Positions 1 through 10,220 of a stretch of DNA of 64,000 nt are shown here, piece after piece. Positions within the stretch are counted from its first letter, which is position 1; every line of letters starts with the position of its first letter. The notes below the pieces were generated by a model. That model worked only from the letters and a program-made list of their open reading frames with translations, had not been told where the DNA came from and made no database searches. Position numbers and translations under genes: made by a program. The DNA comes from Candidatus Omnitrophota bacterium (GTDB lineage Bacteria > Omnitrophota > Gorgyraeia > Zapsychrales > JANLHA01), in NCBI GenBank assembly GCA_963662715.1, contig OY759724.1, positions 3,293,845 through 3,357,844 of the forward strand. The letters are read 5' to 3'.

Positions 1-941
1 GTCTCACCAATGCCTTCATTAACACATTCGGCGGCTTTATTTAACTTCATCTCTTTGAGTTTTTGATAAATCGCCTGGGCTTTGTTAAAGGCGGCTGACG
101 AACATTCTTGGGCATGAATAGCTTTTAGCATGGTGGCAACCGTCTTAATTTTTCCGTTTGGCACATAACGGAAAACATTTCTGTAGAAATGAACCATACA
201 TCTTTGCCATTTAGCCATGGGATATATTTCTTCTGCGGCATTGAGCAATCCCAGACATTTATCGGTGATCAATAATTGAATCCGGTTAAGTCCTCGTTGC
301 TTTAAATGTCTCATCAACGCTTGCCATCCCGTCTTGTCTTCCCGGGCCCCCTCTATAATCCCGATGATCTTTCGATATCCATGCCAATCAACTCCTATGG
401 CAATTAAGACGGATACATTGCTGACTTCACCACCCCAGCTCCGCTTTAAGCTAATCCCATCCATATAAACATACGGATATTCTTCATCTAAAGGCTCATG
501 TCTCCATTGATTGATCCGTTCATAGATCTTCTTGTTTACTCGGCTGACTGTGCTAGCCGATACTTTTGATCCCCATAATGCTTCAGTTATATCTTCAACT
601 CGTCTTACCGACACTCCTGCTAAATACATCTCCATCATCGCTTCTTCTACTGATATCTCTCGTCGTTTATATCGTTCAACTATGGCTGTCTCAAACGGTA
701 ATTTTCTTAGCTTCGGCATTCTTAATTTTACTTTTCCTACTCGTGTCTGCAATTGCCGCTCATAATAGCCCGCCCGTGTGTCCTTCCGGGCTTCTGTGCG
801 TTGATATCTCTCGGCTCCAACCAAGTGATCGGCTTCTGCATTCAATAAATTATTCAATGTCTCTTCCACGCTGCCCCGAATCTTCTCATCAAGTTTTTCT
901 TGGATTTTTTCTTCATTAACTGTAATAATAGTATTGTTCAT
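1..941 (-). mobile_element. IS256-family (mutator-type) transposase, partial; the 3' end runs off the left window edge
   Basis: The reverse-complement translation from the ATG at 941-939 (AGGAGG RBS just upstream) reads MNNTIITVNEEKIQEKLDEKIRGSVEETLNNLLNAEADHLVGAERYQRTEARKDTRAGYYERQLQTRVGKVKLRMPKLR...VHFYRNVF..., which matches the conserved IS256/MULE transposase N-terminal and DDE-region motifs. It is absent from the ORF track because no stop codon lies inside the window. Confidence 0.85.
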
Positions 942-1065
942 TGAGTCCTCCTTTTTGGTTAGGTTTGGTTGCCTAGTTATTATACCAATTGGAGGACTTT
1001 TTTTGTCCCTTCTGCAAATGTGCGAAAAATATTATACGTTATCCCAGGAGAAACATCTGTTGCGA

Positions 1066-1143
1066 GGACTGTCTGAGCGAAAAGGGTTCTCCCTCTCCGT
1101 GGAAAGCTAATTTATTTGCCCTGTCCCTTTTTGGGGACTGGCA
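1066..1143. repeat. Copy A of a two-module intergenic repeat: 'GAGCGAAAAGGGTTCTCCCTCTCCG' followed by the 'TTGCCCTGTCCC-N6-GGGGACTGGC' hairpin module
   Basis: Near-identical to the element at 11552-11616. The hairpin module also occurs at 10411-10437, and a half-copy at 12758-12776. All four sit at or just past the 3' end of a minus-strand gene. Confidence 0.5.
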
Positions 1144-1166
1144 CTTTCATTCTTTCATTTAACTGT

Positions 1167-1628
1167 TTACAGAAGGAATAAACATACAATCAATGACAAA
1201 ATATAGAATGTTAGGGAGACAATAAGAACAAAAAGAATATAAAAAATACTTCTAGAAATATTTTTAGCGAAAAATGATAACGTATTTAAAGGAATTAAAA
1301 ACAGTATACAACCTACCCCCCCTAATAATGCACCTTCTAAATGAGAAAAAGATATCAATCTACTACTTAAAGCCCCTAGAATAAATCCAACTACGGAACC
1401 CAACAATAATCTTTTAAGTATAAATTTAAAATAGCTATTCTTATCAGTTTCTAACATTTCACTTAAATTATGACTTAATACAATCCCTACGCCTAAAATA
1501 ACAAAAAATAAAATTTCACTAATATCTTTTCCAATAAATAAGATTGAATAGATACCCCCCAAAATAATAGCAAGGAGAATTAGTCGAAAATTAACGAATA
1601 AAAGATCTTTAAAAGATTTAATACTCAT
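1167..1628 (-). CDS. Small polytopic membrane protein (153 aa); candidate cognate immunity protein for the upstream RHS toxin
   Basis: The ORF begins 13 nt after the RHS stop, with an AGGAGA-like RBS. It is very hydrophobic (I/L/F-rich, about 4-5 predicted TM segments). An ORF directly downstream of the toxin is the canonical immunity position in RHS/polymorphic-toxin loci. Confidence 0.45.
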   Translation of the reverse strand: MSIKSFKDLLFVNFRLILLAIILGGIYSILFIGKDISEILFFVILGVGIVLSHNLSEMLETDKNSYFKFILKRLLLGSVVGFILGALSSRLISFSHLEGALLGGVGCILFLIPLNTLSFFAKNISRSIFYILFVLIVSLTFYILSLIVCLFLL

Positions 1629-1640
1629 ATACCATATCTC

Positions 1641-4600
1641 CTATTTTGGACAAATTTTATTTAATTCTTCCTTCGCCCTATTGTACTCCTCATTTCCAAT
1701 TTCACCGAGATCATCCCAAGGCAGATTTGGATTAATTTCTTTTAACTCCTCAAGCAATAAATCACCCTCTTCTTTTGACTTATCTAACATCTCATTTAAT
1801 TCTTTTAAATCTTGAGAAGTCAATTCACCTTTGTCGTAAATTTCTTTTGTTCTTTCTTCTCGCTTTTGAATATTTTTAATATCTTTTAATGTAAGTTTAT
1901 CAGCGATAGCTTCAGCCATTGCGTTTCTAGTTTTTTCACTTATTTTAGGTAATTTAGATTTAATTTGGTCAGAAATTTTATTCCTTGCAATTCTCCATAC
2001 TGGATTGGACTTCATCGGACCTCTAGGTACTAATCCAAAAGAATCAATCAAGTTAACTGGATCATCCAAAGCGTAAACATATAGATCCGCATCCCCATCG
2101 GCAAAGCCAATCGGGTCTTTGGCAGTCCAACGGCCGGTCTCGGGCGAATAATCTCTCATCCCAAAGCGAACGAGGCCAGTATCCCGGTCATGCAAACCCC
2201 CTGCGAACCCGAAAGGCACCTCAAAGGACGGGTCAGAATCAGCAATGATGTTGCCGAATGAATCATAGTCGATCTGCTTGATGATGGTTCCGGTTGAATC
2301 CGCAACAGCCCGCAAAGAGCCGACCTGGTCATACGTCAGGTAATACGTGGTCCCTGACTTGTTCATGCTAAGCGGCATGCGGCTGTCAGCATATTCAAAC
2401 CGCATCAGGAGATTATCCGAGCCATCATAAATAGCGAGTAATCGCGTTAACCCAAGCCATAAATACTTCTCGGTAATACTTCCATTGACTACCTTGGCGA
2501 TCCGCCGGCCTAAAGGATCATGTTGATAGGTGATGATATCGCCTGAAGGCAAGTCGACCTGCAGCAGTTCCCCTCTCGAAGAATAATCATAAGATGTTGT
2601 ATCCGCGCCATCAACCTTATTCCACAGGAAACCATCCTGATCATACTGATAGGTCGCTGTTCCTACGCTTAAGAGCTGATCCTCAGTATTATATGATAAA
2701 GAACGTCCCGCAATCCCCCTTAAACTGTTCATCTCATACGTCCGCACTCCCAGGGGATCAGTATCATTATAGCGGTATTCCTCTACCAGCACACCATCTT
2801 TTTCCACATGCGTCAACCGCCCCACCTCATCGTAAGTGTAAACATAATTTACGTTTACCCCAGCTACCGATTCCGACTTGGTCGCGATCTGTCCGTTATT
2901 ATCATGCGTCAGCGTCCAGGACGAAACGGCTGTCCCGCTCACCGACGACGCCTGACTGGCCACTTCCCCGTAACCGTTAAAGGTGCGCACCGTATCAAAT
3001 GTCCCGTTGCCCACCCCCTCCGGCAGACCGTTCGACGCATTATTCGTAATAATAAAGCCCGAAGCCTGCGTGAGGAGCCCGTCATCATCGTAGATGTAAT
3101 TGCTCGTCCCCCCGGCATAGGTGAAAGCGGTGAGGTTGAAATCATCGTTGTAAGTGTAAGACAAGGTTTGACTGACCGTTCCCAATAAAGTCTGGGAGGT
3201 GAGCAGGTCCCCGTCATAACCATAGAAGATCTGCTCCCCGCCTTTAGAGGTGGACTGCACCTGGCCCGATGCCAGGTAGCTCAGACTCACATGGCCTTCC
3301 GGGGTCTGAATCTCAGTGAGCTGCCCGCCGGTGTAAACATTCACGATCTGCGCGCCGGAAGGATAGGTGGTCTGCGTGAGCCGCCGGTCCCGGTCATACG
3401 TATAGGTCGTGGAACCGGAAAGCGGCGGGTCGTATTCTTCCGCGAGGTTAACGTTATTATATTGAAAACCATGGTCAATGCCTGACGGGTTGGTCAGCAC
3501 CGTCATATTGCCGTTGTTGTCATAATCATAATACAGGTCGGTACCGTCCGGCCGGTGCACCGCTGTGGTGCGGCCCAAGGCGTCGTACTCAAAGGTGGTC
3601 AGATGGTTTTCCGGGTCAAGGATCGAATAGACGTTGCCGTCAGCGTCATACTCAAATCTTGTCTGGCGCGTCCCGGTCTGCACGGTTTCAACCCGGCCCC
3701 GGGTATCATAGGTGTAACTTGTATCTAACAGCCCCGGCACGCTCACGCTACTGGTCAGCAAAGTTGCCGGATCATACGTGGTTGTCACCACCCGGCCTTC
3801 CGGGGACGTGGCCGTGCTCTGAGACGTTAACAGATCCTGCACCACGGCTGTCGTCTTTCCGTTGAGGGAAGCCGTGCGGGTAATACGGTCGGTATCCCCA
3901 TCGGAATTCGTATCTTCATAGAGCCGGTTATAAACCATCTGGGCGGTTAGCCCGGCCGGGGTGACGGTCGTTGCCTGCCGCGTATATTTAAAGCGGTATT
4001 TGGGATCATAATCTATAATATATTCCCGCTCGGTTTCATTCGGCTGGGTGACCTGGGTCGTGAAGCCGTCGGATGACCGGAAATACACCGTGGAATTCGT
4101 ACTGGATGACGTGGTCACGGTGGTCTGCGCCCCGCCGGCAACCTCCTGGTCAAGATAGGTTGTGGCATAGCCTTCAACCGTGGTCACTCCTGATTCCACA
4201 TCACCGCTGACCAAAACCTGCCGGGTAAAAGGATTCTGCTTTCCGGCCTGGTCTTCAGTGGTGTTTATCCGGCCGTCAGCATTAAACGTGTGAATAAAGA
4301 AATTGCCGTTAGGTTCGGTTTCCTGAGTCATCAAGCCGTTGTTGTACAAGAAATGATACGCTGTCGCATCCGGGTAGCTGATCTGGCTGAGCAGATAGCT
4401 GCTCGGGTTAACAGCCAGTTCTGTCCGTATGCCGTCCGGAGAAATAATGGCCGTCGGCACCCCTCCGGCGGTGCGTTCGACCGTGACCTGATTGCCGAAC
4501 CTATCGGTCACTGAAACCAGCCGGTCGCTGGCATCATAATTAAAAGTTTCCAAGACCATACCTGTATTCAGGTCCACCGTCTCTTTATGCCGGCCGTCGG

Positions 4601-7600
4601 CATAAAAAATATACCCCACGCCTTCTTCAATAAACTGATTATCGGTCGGGTCGGAAGAAAGGGCAAACGCCGTGCTTTGTGAAGCTTCGACCTTGCGGAC
4701 GCGCTTATTGTACCAGTCAGCGATATACACGCTGCCGCCGTCATCCACCGCCACGTCCTGGGCATAACTTATCTGGGCTTCGTTCGCCGGGCCGCCGTCC
4801 CCGCTGAACCCGCTCAGCCCGGTGCCGGTTATGGTCGTGATGATCCCGTTGGTATCGACTTTACGGACCACGGAAAAGTAAAGTTCGCCGATATACAAAT
4901 TTCCGTTGGTGTCCATAGCCAGACCGTTTGGATTCGGCAAGCCTGCGCTGGTGGCCGGGCCGCCGTCCCCGCTGGGTTCTATGATATCCCCGCCCTGCCA
5001 GATTTTTCCGGCCACGGTTGTGATAATACCGCTGGCCGCATCGACTTTACGGACCCGGCTGTAATCCGCGATATAAAAATTGTCCGAACTGTCTACGATG
5101 ACGTTTTTGGCATTGGTCAGAATAACGGACGCGGCCGGGTCTCCGTCATCATAATAAGGAAGGCCTCCTCCGGCAACAGTGGTGATGATCCCGCTGGTAT
5201 CGACTTTTCTTATCCGCAGGTTCCCTGAATCAGCGATATAAAGATTGCCCGCGCTGTCCACGGCAATGCCGGAAGGGGCATTGAGCTTCGCAGATGTGGC
5301 CGGGCCGTTATCCCCGCTGAACCCGACACTCCCGTTACCGGCTACAGTGGTGATAATCCCGCCGGTGTCGATCTTACGGATACAATTGTTCCCATTATCC
5401 GCGAAGTAAATGTTGCCCGTATTGTCCACGGTCAACCTGCGGGGATTGTTCAAACCGGCAGAGGTCGCCGGGCCGCCGTCCCCGGTGTAATCCGCGCTGC
5501 CGTTACCGGCAACATGGTAAATATATCCGTCCGGTTCGACTCTGAAAATACGGTTGGAATAATATAAGGCAATATAGAAATTACCGGAACTGTCCGTGGC
5601 CAGACCGGAGATATGGCTCATATCCCTGTTTACCGCCAGCGGATCTGCCCCGTTGCCGTTACCCGGATCCCCAGTCCCGGCAACCGTCGTGATAATCGTG
5701 CTCCCGGACTCAAGCTGACGGCCGTTGCCTTTATTGAGGATCCTCGTATCTTTAGGAGTAATGAACAGGTGATGGTGGTTGGATAAAGTCCAGCCTTCGG
5801 CAAGTTTGCTCGGTAAAGCGGCTATGTTATAAAGGGTCTGCATCTCCTCTGTCCAGGAGATGATTTCATTCCGGGCCGGAACTTCGGTGACGGTTGTGCC
5901 CGGAGTGCCGAAGGACGGCATGGTCGGGGTTGAGCCGAAACCGTAATAGATCGCGTCATACACAAAACCGACACGGATCGAAGCGGTCGGGGCCAAGACT
6001 CTTTGCCCTAAATAATCCAAACCGTCCCAGGAAAACACCGCCTGCTGGTCCGGCAAGGCCGGAAGCGTCTGTTCAAATAAACGTCCGCCCACTTCAACCT
6101 GGACAATAATTTCTTTTAAACTGGCCGGCACGGTGGAACCGCTGGCCGGAACGGTAATGACCGTGTGATACCCGCCCGTGCGGCTGGTGGCATAATGCAG
6201 GGTCAGGCCGGTCCCGGCAACAGGGATATCTTCATGATAAACCCGGCTGCGGCAAGAGACGTAAGAATCTTCAGAAACATCGCTTCTAACGGCATGAGCT
6301 TTACATTGATCTGTCTGCTGTTCGACATTAGAGCTTTTTCCGGAATTCGGGTCAGTCGAACCTTCCGGAGGGCCGGACGGATAATTGCAGTCCCAGGCCG
6401 AAAAATGAGGCACCTCAACCCGCCAGTATGTATCGCCGGGTGTGTATTCAGATGGGTCATCAAGTCCCGCAACTTCATCCGCATAATCTCCGTCACTGTC
6501 CAGATCATCCGGAAGAAAATCGCCGTCCATATCCAGGCTGTCAACAATACCGTCGCTGTTATCATCCAGCAGGGTCACCACCCTGCCGTTTTCTGAAGCG
6601 ATCCATTCCGCCTGGTCCGGGTCGTAATATCCGACCGGAACAATTTCCCCCACGTCAAACCCTAAAAAGTTATCGATCCAGGTGATAACCGGGTTCTCAA
6701 ACCGCACGTTGGCAACACCGTCCACGCTCAATTCCACACAATACGTGTAGGATGTGGTCGGCGGCAGGATCGCGGGCATGGATTCCGGGGTTTTAAACTC
6801 CGTGGCCCGGATGGTCATCGTCGAAAGAGCGAAAAGGTCATCGCCGTTTTCATCAACGGCAAAAGCCTGATTGTCGCCGGTCATCACCACAGTGGCTTTA
6901 CGGGTGCCGAACGTGTCGGTCACCGGGCTGCTTTCATGCAGCAACACGGTTTGTGCATTGCCGTCCAGGGTAAGTGTCGTGGCTTTTTGGTCTTCGGCTA
7001 ATAATACCGGGGTTTCAACAATAACCACATCGTTGATAGGCACCTCGACTTTACGGTACGCGGTTATCAGCCCCTGCTTTTGAAAAATCACGTTAAGAGT
7101 TGCGTCGCCTTCAACCGGCAGAGAATATTCGCCGCTGGTGTCGGTCTGTACTGTGCCGTATTCCGGATGACCGTCAATTGTGACCAGGACATCAGGAACA
7201 GGGTCGTCATAAATATCCAGCACCTGGCCTCTTATCACGGCAAAAGTATCCGGATCGTATTCTGCGATAGTGGCATCGTCCGGGACAAGCTGTTCATATT
7301 GCTGGCCGTAAGCCCCGTCCGGCTGAGAAGCAGGTTCCGACTGCACGGAAACCAGCACCTGCGCGCTGGCCGAGCCGTTAGGCCCGGTGGCCGTGACAGT
7401 ATACGTTGTCGTATGCTGGGGCGTCACTTCGAGTGTTCCGCTCACCCCGACAGCCCCCATATCCTGATCCATATACACGTCATAAGCATCTGTTGACGTC
7501 CAGGAAAGGGTTGTGGATTCTCCGGCCTGAATCACCGCCGGGTTGGCGGAAATTTCAATAGCGGGCCGTCCATCATCCACCAAAACTGTTACGGTATCTC

Positions 7601-9956
7601 TGGCCGTGCCTTCGGGCCCGGTCGCGGTAATGGTATAAGTCGTATCCGTGACCGGATAAACAGCCACAGCCCCGTTAGGATCTACTGCTCCGATTTCAGG
7701 TTCGATCGTACAAGTATCCGCATCCGTGGAAATCCAGTACAGGGTTGTAAACTCCCCGGCCTGAATCGCCGTAGGCTCCGCCTCAATGCTCACGGTCGGC
7801 GGAAGCGTGGTATATTCGGTGACGACATCAAAATTCGTGTCATGGTTCAGCCAGCCGTTGGCATCGCCATACTGAATATAATAATAGGCGATATCATTAT
7901 CAGCGATATCTCCGTAATCCGGGATACTAGTCCAGGCAAATGTCACTGTTATTGTATCCGTGCCGATCACGACTTCGCTGTCCCCAGCCTGCAAATTTAT
8001 GAATTCAGAGCCGTACCCGCCTTCCTTAATAAACCCCGTATCCTTATACCAGCTTAAGTATCCCCGGTTGGGATTGCCCGAATCATCCTGGTAATTGATC
8101 AGAATCGACACCCTCTCCATGGAATCCGGTTCCGGCACGTTAAACACCAAGGTCGCCTTCTGCACATCCGCACTATTGGCCAGCACGGTTTGTTTATCCA
8201 CAGTCAAAGAAGAAAGGCCGGCCCGCATATCCTGCACGTCAAAGTTCGTGTCATGGTTCAGCCAGCCGTTGGCATCGCCATACTGAATATAGTAATAGGC
8301 GATATCATTATCCGTTATGCCGCCGTAATCCGGCAGACTCCTCCAGGCAAACGTCACGGTTATTGTATCCGTGCCGGTCACGATTTCGCTTTCTGCTGTC
8401 TGCAAATCGATGTACTGAGAGCCGTAACCGCCTTCCTTAATAAATCCCGTATCCTTATACCAGCTTAAATACCCCCGGTTGGGATTGCCCGAATCATCCT
8501 GGTAATTGATCAGAATCGACACCCTCTCCATGGAATCCGGTTCCGGCACGTTAAACACCAAGGTCGCCTTCTGCACATCTGCACTATCAGCCAGCACGGT
8601 CTGTTTATCCACGGTCAGGGAGCCTAAACTTGCCCGCATGTCCTGCACGTCAAAGTTCGTGTCGTGGTTCAGCCAGCCGTTAGCGTCGCCATACTGAATA
8701 TAGTAATAGGCGATATCATTATCCGTTATGCCGCCGTAATCCGGCAGACTCCTCCAGGCAAACGTCACGGTTATTGTATCCGTGCCGGTCACGATTTCGC
8801 TTTCTGCTGTCTGCAAATCGATGTACTGAGAGCCGTAACCGCCTTCCTTAATAAATCCCGTATCCTTATACCAGCTTAAATACCCCCGGTTGGGATTGCC
8901 CGAATCATCCTGGTAATTGATCAGAATCGACACCCTCTCCATGGAATCCGGTTCCGGCACGTTAAACACCAAGGTCGCCTTCTGCACATCTGCACTATCA
9001 GCCAGCACGGTCTGTTTATCCACGGTCAGGGAGCCTAAACTTGCCCGCATGTCCTGCACGTCAAAATTCGTGTCATGGTTCAGCCAGCCGTTAGCATCGC
9101 CATACTGAATATAGTAATAGGCGATATCATTATCCGTTATGCCGCCGTAATCCGGCAGACTCCTCCAGGCAAACGTCACGGTTATTGTATCTGTACCGGT
9201 CACGACCTCGCTGTCCCCGGCCTGCAAATCGATGTACTGAGAACCGTAACCGCCTTCCTTAATAAATCCCGTATCCTTATACCAGCTTAAATACCCCCGG
9301 TTGGGATTGCCCGAATCATCCTGATAATTGATCAGAATCGACACCCTCTCCATGGAATCCGGTTCCGGCACGTTAAACACCAAAGTCGCCTTCTGCACAT
9401 CCGCACTATTGGCCAGCATGGTCTGTTTATCTACGGTCAGGGAACCTAAACTCGCCCGCATGTCCTGCACGTCAAAGTTCGTGTCATGGTTCAGCCAGCC
9501 GTTAGCGTCGCCATACTGAATATAGTAATAGGCGATATCATTATCCGTTATGCCGCCGTAATCCGGCAGACTCCTCCAGGCAAACGTCACGGTTATTGTA
9601 TCTGTACCGGTCACGACCTCGCTGTCCCCGGCCTGCAAATCTATAAATTCAGAGCCGTAACCGCCTTCCTTAATAAATCCCGTATCCTTATACCAGCTTA
9701 AATACCCCCGGTTGGGATTGCCCGAATCATCCTGGTAATTGATTAATATCGAAACCCTTTCGATTGTCTCGGGTTCGCTGGTGCTGAATTGCAAAGTCGC
9801 TGTCTGAAGGTCAGAATTATTAGCCAGCACCGTTGTTTTCCCGACAGTTAAAGACTCCAAGACCGCGGGATCTTCGGCAAAAACCGGAGAAGAAAAACAG
9901 GCGATTAATAATACGGCGGCTACTCCTTTGAGAATTTTTTTGCAGTGGCTGGACAT
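1641..9956 (-). CDS. Secreted RHS/YD-repeat (teneurin-like) polymorphic toxin, 2771 aa
   Basis: Domains read from the translation, N- to C-terminus: a Sec-type signal peptide (MSSHCKKILKGVAAVLLIACFSSPVFA); five tandem 137-aa repeats; two Ig-like domains; a CarboxypepD_reg-like domain; DxDGD Ca-binding-like acidic clusters; NHL-type beta-propeller repeats (…GNLYIADSGNLRIRKVDTSGIITTVAG…); many YD repeats (YDxxGRL/YxYDxxG); and the RHS core terminus RFGMRDYSPETGRWTAKDPIGFADGDADLYVYALDDPVNLIDSFGL. A ~135-aa charged C-terminal tip of unknown function follows. Confidence 0.9.
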   Translation of the reverse strand: MSSHCKKILKGVAAVLLIACFSSPVFAEDPAVLESLTVGKTTVLANNSDLQTATLQFSTSEPETIERVSILINYQDDSGNPNRGYLSWYKDTGFIKEGGYGSEFIDLQAGDSEVVTGTDTITVTFAWRSLPDYGGITDNDIAYYYIQYGDANGWLNHDTNFDVQDMRASLGSLTVDKQTMLANSADVQKATLVFNVPEPDSMERVSILINYQDDSGNPNRGYLSWYKDTGFIKEGGYGSQYIDLQAGDSEVVTGTDTITVTFAWRSLPDYGGITDNDIAYYYIQYGDANGWLNHDTNFDVQDMRASLGSLTVDKQTVLADSADVQKATLVFNVPEPDSMERVSILINYQDDSGNPNRGYLSWYKDTGFIKEGGYGSQYIDLQTAESEIVTGTDTITVTFAWRSLPDYGGITDNDIAYYYIQYGDANGWLNHDTNFDVQDMRASLGSLTVDKQTVLADSADVQKATLVFNVPEPDSMERVSILINYQDDSGNPNRGYLSWYKDTGFIKEGGYGSQYIDLQTAESEIVTGTDTITVTFAWRSLPDYGGITDNDIAYYYIQYGDANGWLNHDTNFDVQDMRAGLSSLTVDKQTVLANSADVQKATLVFNVPEPDSMERVSILINYQDDSGNPNRGYLSWYKDTGFIKEGGYGSEFINLQAGDSEVVIGTDTITVTFAWTSIPDYGDIADNDIAYYYIQYGDANGWLNHDTNFDVVTEYTTLPPTVSIEAEPTAIQAGEFTTLYWISTDADTCTIEPEIGAVDPNGAVAVYPVTDTTYTITATGPEGTARDTVTVLVDDGRPAIEISANPAVIQAGESTTLSWTSTDAYDVYMDQDMGAVGVSGTLEVTPQHTTTYTVTATGPNGSASAQVLVSVQSEPASQPDGAYGQQYEQLVPDDATIAEYDPDTFAVIRGQVLDIYDDPVPDVLVTIDGHPEYGTVQTDTSGEYSLPVEGDATLNVIFQKQGLITAYRKVEVPINDVVIVETPVLLAEDQKATTLTLDGNAQTVLLHESSPVTDTFGTRKATVVMTGDNQAFAVDENGDDLFALSTMTIRATEFKTPESMPAILPPTTSYTYCVELSVDGVANVRFENPVITWIDNFLGFDVGEIVPVGYYDPDQAEWIASENGRVVTLLDDNSDGIVDSLDMDGDFLPDDLDSDGDYADEVAGLDDPSEYTPGDTYWRVEVPHFSAWDCNYPSGPPEGSTDPNSGKSSNVEQQTDQCKAHAVRSDVSEDSYVSCRSRVYHEDIPVAGTGLTLHYATSRTGGYHTVITVPASGSTVPASLKEIIVQVEVGGRLFEQTLPALPDQQAVFSWDGLDYLGQRVLAPTASIRVGFVYDAIYYGFGSTPTMPSFGTPGTTVTEVPARNEIISWTEEMQTLYNIAALPSKLAEGWTLSNHHHLFITPKDTRILNKGNGRQLESGSTIITTVAGTGDPGNGNGADPLAVNRDMSHISGLATDSSGNFYIALYYSNRIFRVEPDGYIYHVAGNGSADYTGDGGPATSAGLNNPRRLTVDNTGNIYFADNGNNCIRKIDTGGIITTVAGNGSVGFSGDNGPATSAKLNAPSGIAVDSAGNLYIADSGNLRIRKVDTSGIITTVAGGGLPYYDDGDPAASVILTNAKNVIVDSSDNFYIADYSRVRKVDAASGIITTVAGKIWQGGDIIEPSGDGGPATSAGLPNPNGLAMDTNGNLYIGELYFSVVRKVDTNGIITTITGTGLSGFSGDGGPANEAQISYAQDVAVDDGGSVYIADWYNKRVRKVEASQSTAFALSSDPTDNQFIEEGVGYIFYADGRHKETVDLNTGMVLETFNYDASDRLVSVTDRFGNQVTVERTAGGVPTAIISPDGIRTELAVNPSSYLLSQISYPDATAYHFLYNNGLMTQETEPNGNFFIHTFNADGRINTTEDQAGKQNPFTRQVLVSGDVESGVTTVEGYATTYLDQEVAGGAQTTVTTSSSTNSTVYFRSSDGFTTQVTQPNETEREYIIDYDPKYRFKYTRQATTVTPAGLTAQMVYNRLYEDTNSDGDTDRITRTASLNGKTTAVVQDLLTSQSTATSPEGRVVTTTYDPATLLTSSVSVPGLLDTSYTYDTRGRVETVQTGTRQTRFEYDADGNVYSILDPENHLTTFEYDALGRTTAVHRPDGTDLYYDYDNNGNMTVLTNPSGIDHGFQYNNVNLAEEYDPPLSGSTTYTYDRDRRLTQTTYPSGAQIVNVYTGGQLTEIQTPEGHVSLSYLASGQVQSTSKGGEQIFYGYDGDLLTSQTLLGTVSQTLSYTYNDDFNLTAFTYAGGTSNYIYDDDGLLTQASGFIITNNASNGLPEGVGNGTFDTVRTFNGYGEVASQASSVSGTAVSSWTLTHDNNGQIATKSESVAGVNVNYVYTYDEVGRLTHVEKDGVLVEEYRYNDTDPLGVRTYEMNSLRGIAGRSLSYNTEDQLLSVGTATYQYDQDGFLWNKVDGADTTSYDYSSRGELLQVDLPSGDIITYQHDPLGRRIAKVVNGSITEKYLWLGLTRLLAIYDGSDNLLMRFEYADSRMPLSMNKSGTTYYLTYDQVGSLRAVADSTGTIIKQIDYDSFGNIIADSDPSFEVPFGFAGGLHDRDTGLVRFGMRDYSPETGRWTAKDPIGFADGDADLYVYALDDPVNLIDSFGLVPRGPMKSNPVWRIARNKISDQIKSKLPKISEKTRNAMAEAIADKLTLKDIKNIQKREERTKEIYDKGELTSQDLKELNEMLDKSKEEGDLLLEELKEINPNLPWDDLGEIGNEEYNRAKEELNKICPK
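7811..9866 (-). repeat. Five tandem near-identical 411-bp (137-aa) repeats encoding the N-terminal domain array of the RHS protein
   Basis: The protein repeats begin SLTVDKQTVLA...YLSWYKDTGFIKEGGYGSQYIDLQ...AWRSLPDYGGITDNDIAYYYIQYGDANGWLNHDTNFDVQDMRA, and copies 3 and 4 are identical at the protein level. Antisense ORFs in the track recur with exact 411-bp spacing (8095, 8506, 8917, 9328 and 8664, 9075, 9486). Confidence 0.85.
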
Positions 9957-10220
9957 GAACTTTTCCTTTCGAGGATAAAATTGGATAAGGAATAAAAAAT
10001 TATAAATGGGGTATTTAATAAATTAAAAAACAGAAAATCTATTCAAAGAATCAGGGGAAAAAATTTATCTCACCCTTCTCTTTTTGAGATAACCCGTCAC
10101 TGAAAACACATTCATCTCTTTAGAAGGGCGATGATTTATTTAAGGGGTAGTATTATTTTACCAGGGGAAAATTTTTTGCCAATCGGCTGACTTGACATTA
10201 ACTGACTTTTCTTACTGCTT

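Noticed and set aside
532-919. Plus-strand hydrophobic ORFs (77 aa and 117 aa, with TTG starts)
   Set aside because: They are antisense to the IS256 transposase coding sequence and have no independent support.
7842-9701. Series of 63-92 aa plus-strand ORFs (for example 8095-8286, 8506-8697, 8917-9108 and 9328-9519) with identical sequences
   Set aside because: They are antisense to the rhs 411-bp tandem repeats and recur at exact repeat spacing. They are frame artefacts of the repeats and not genes.
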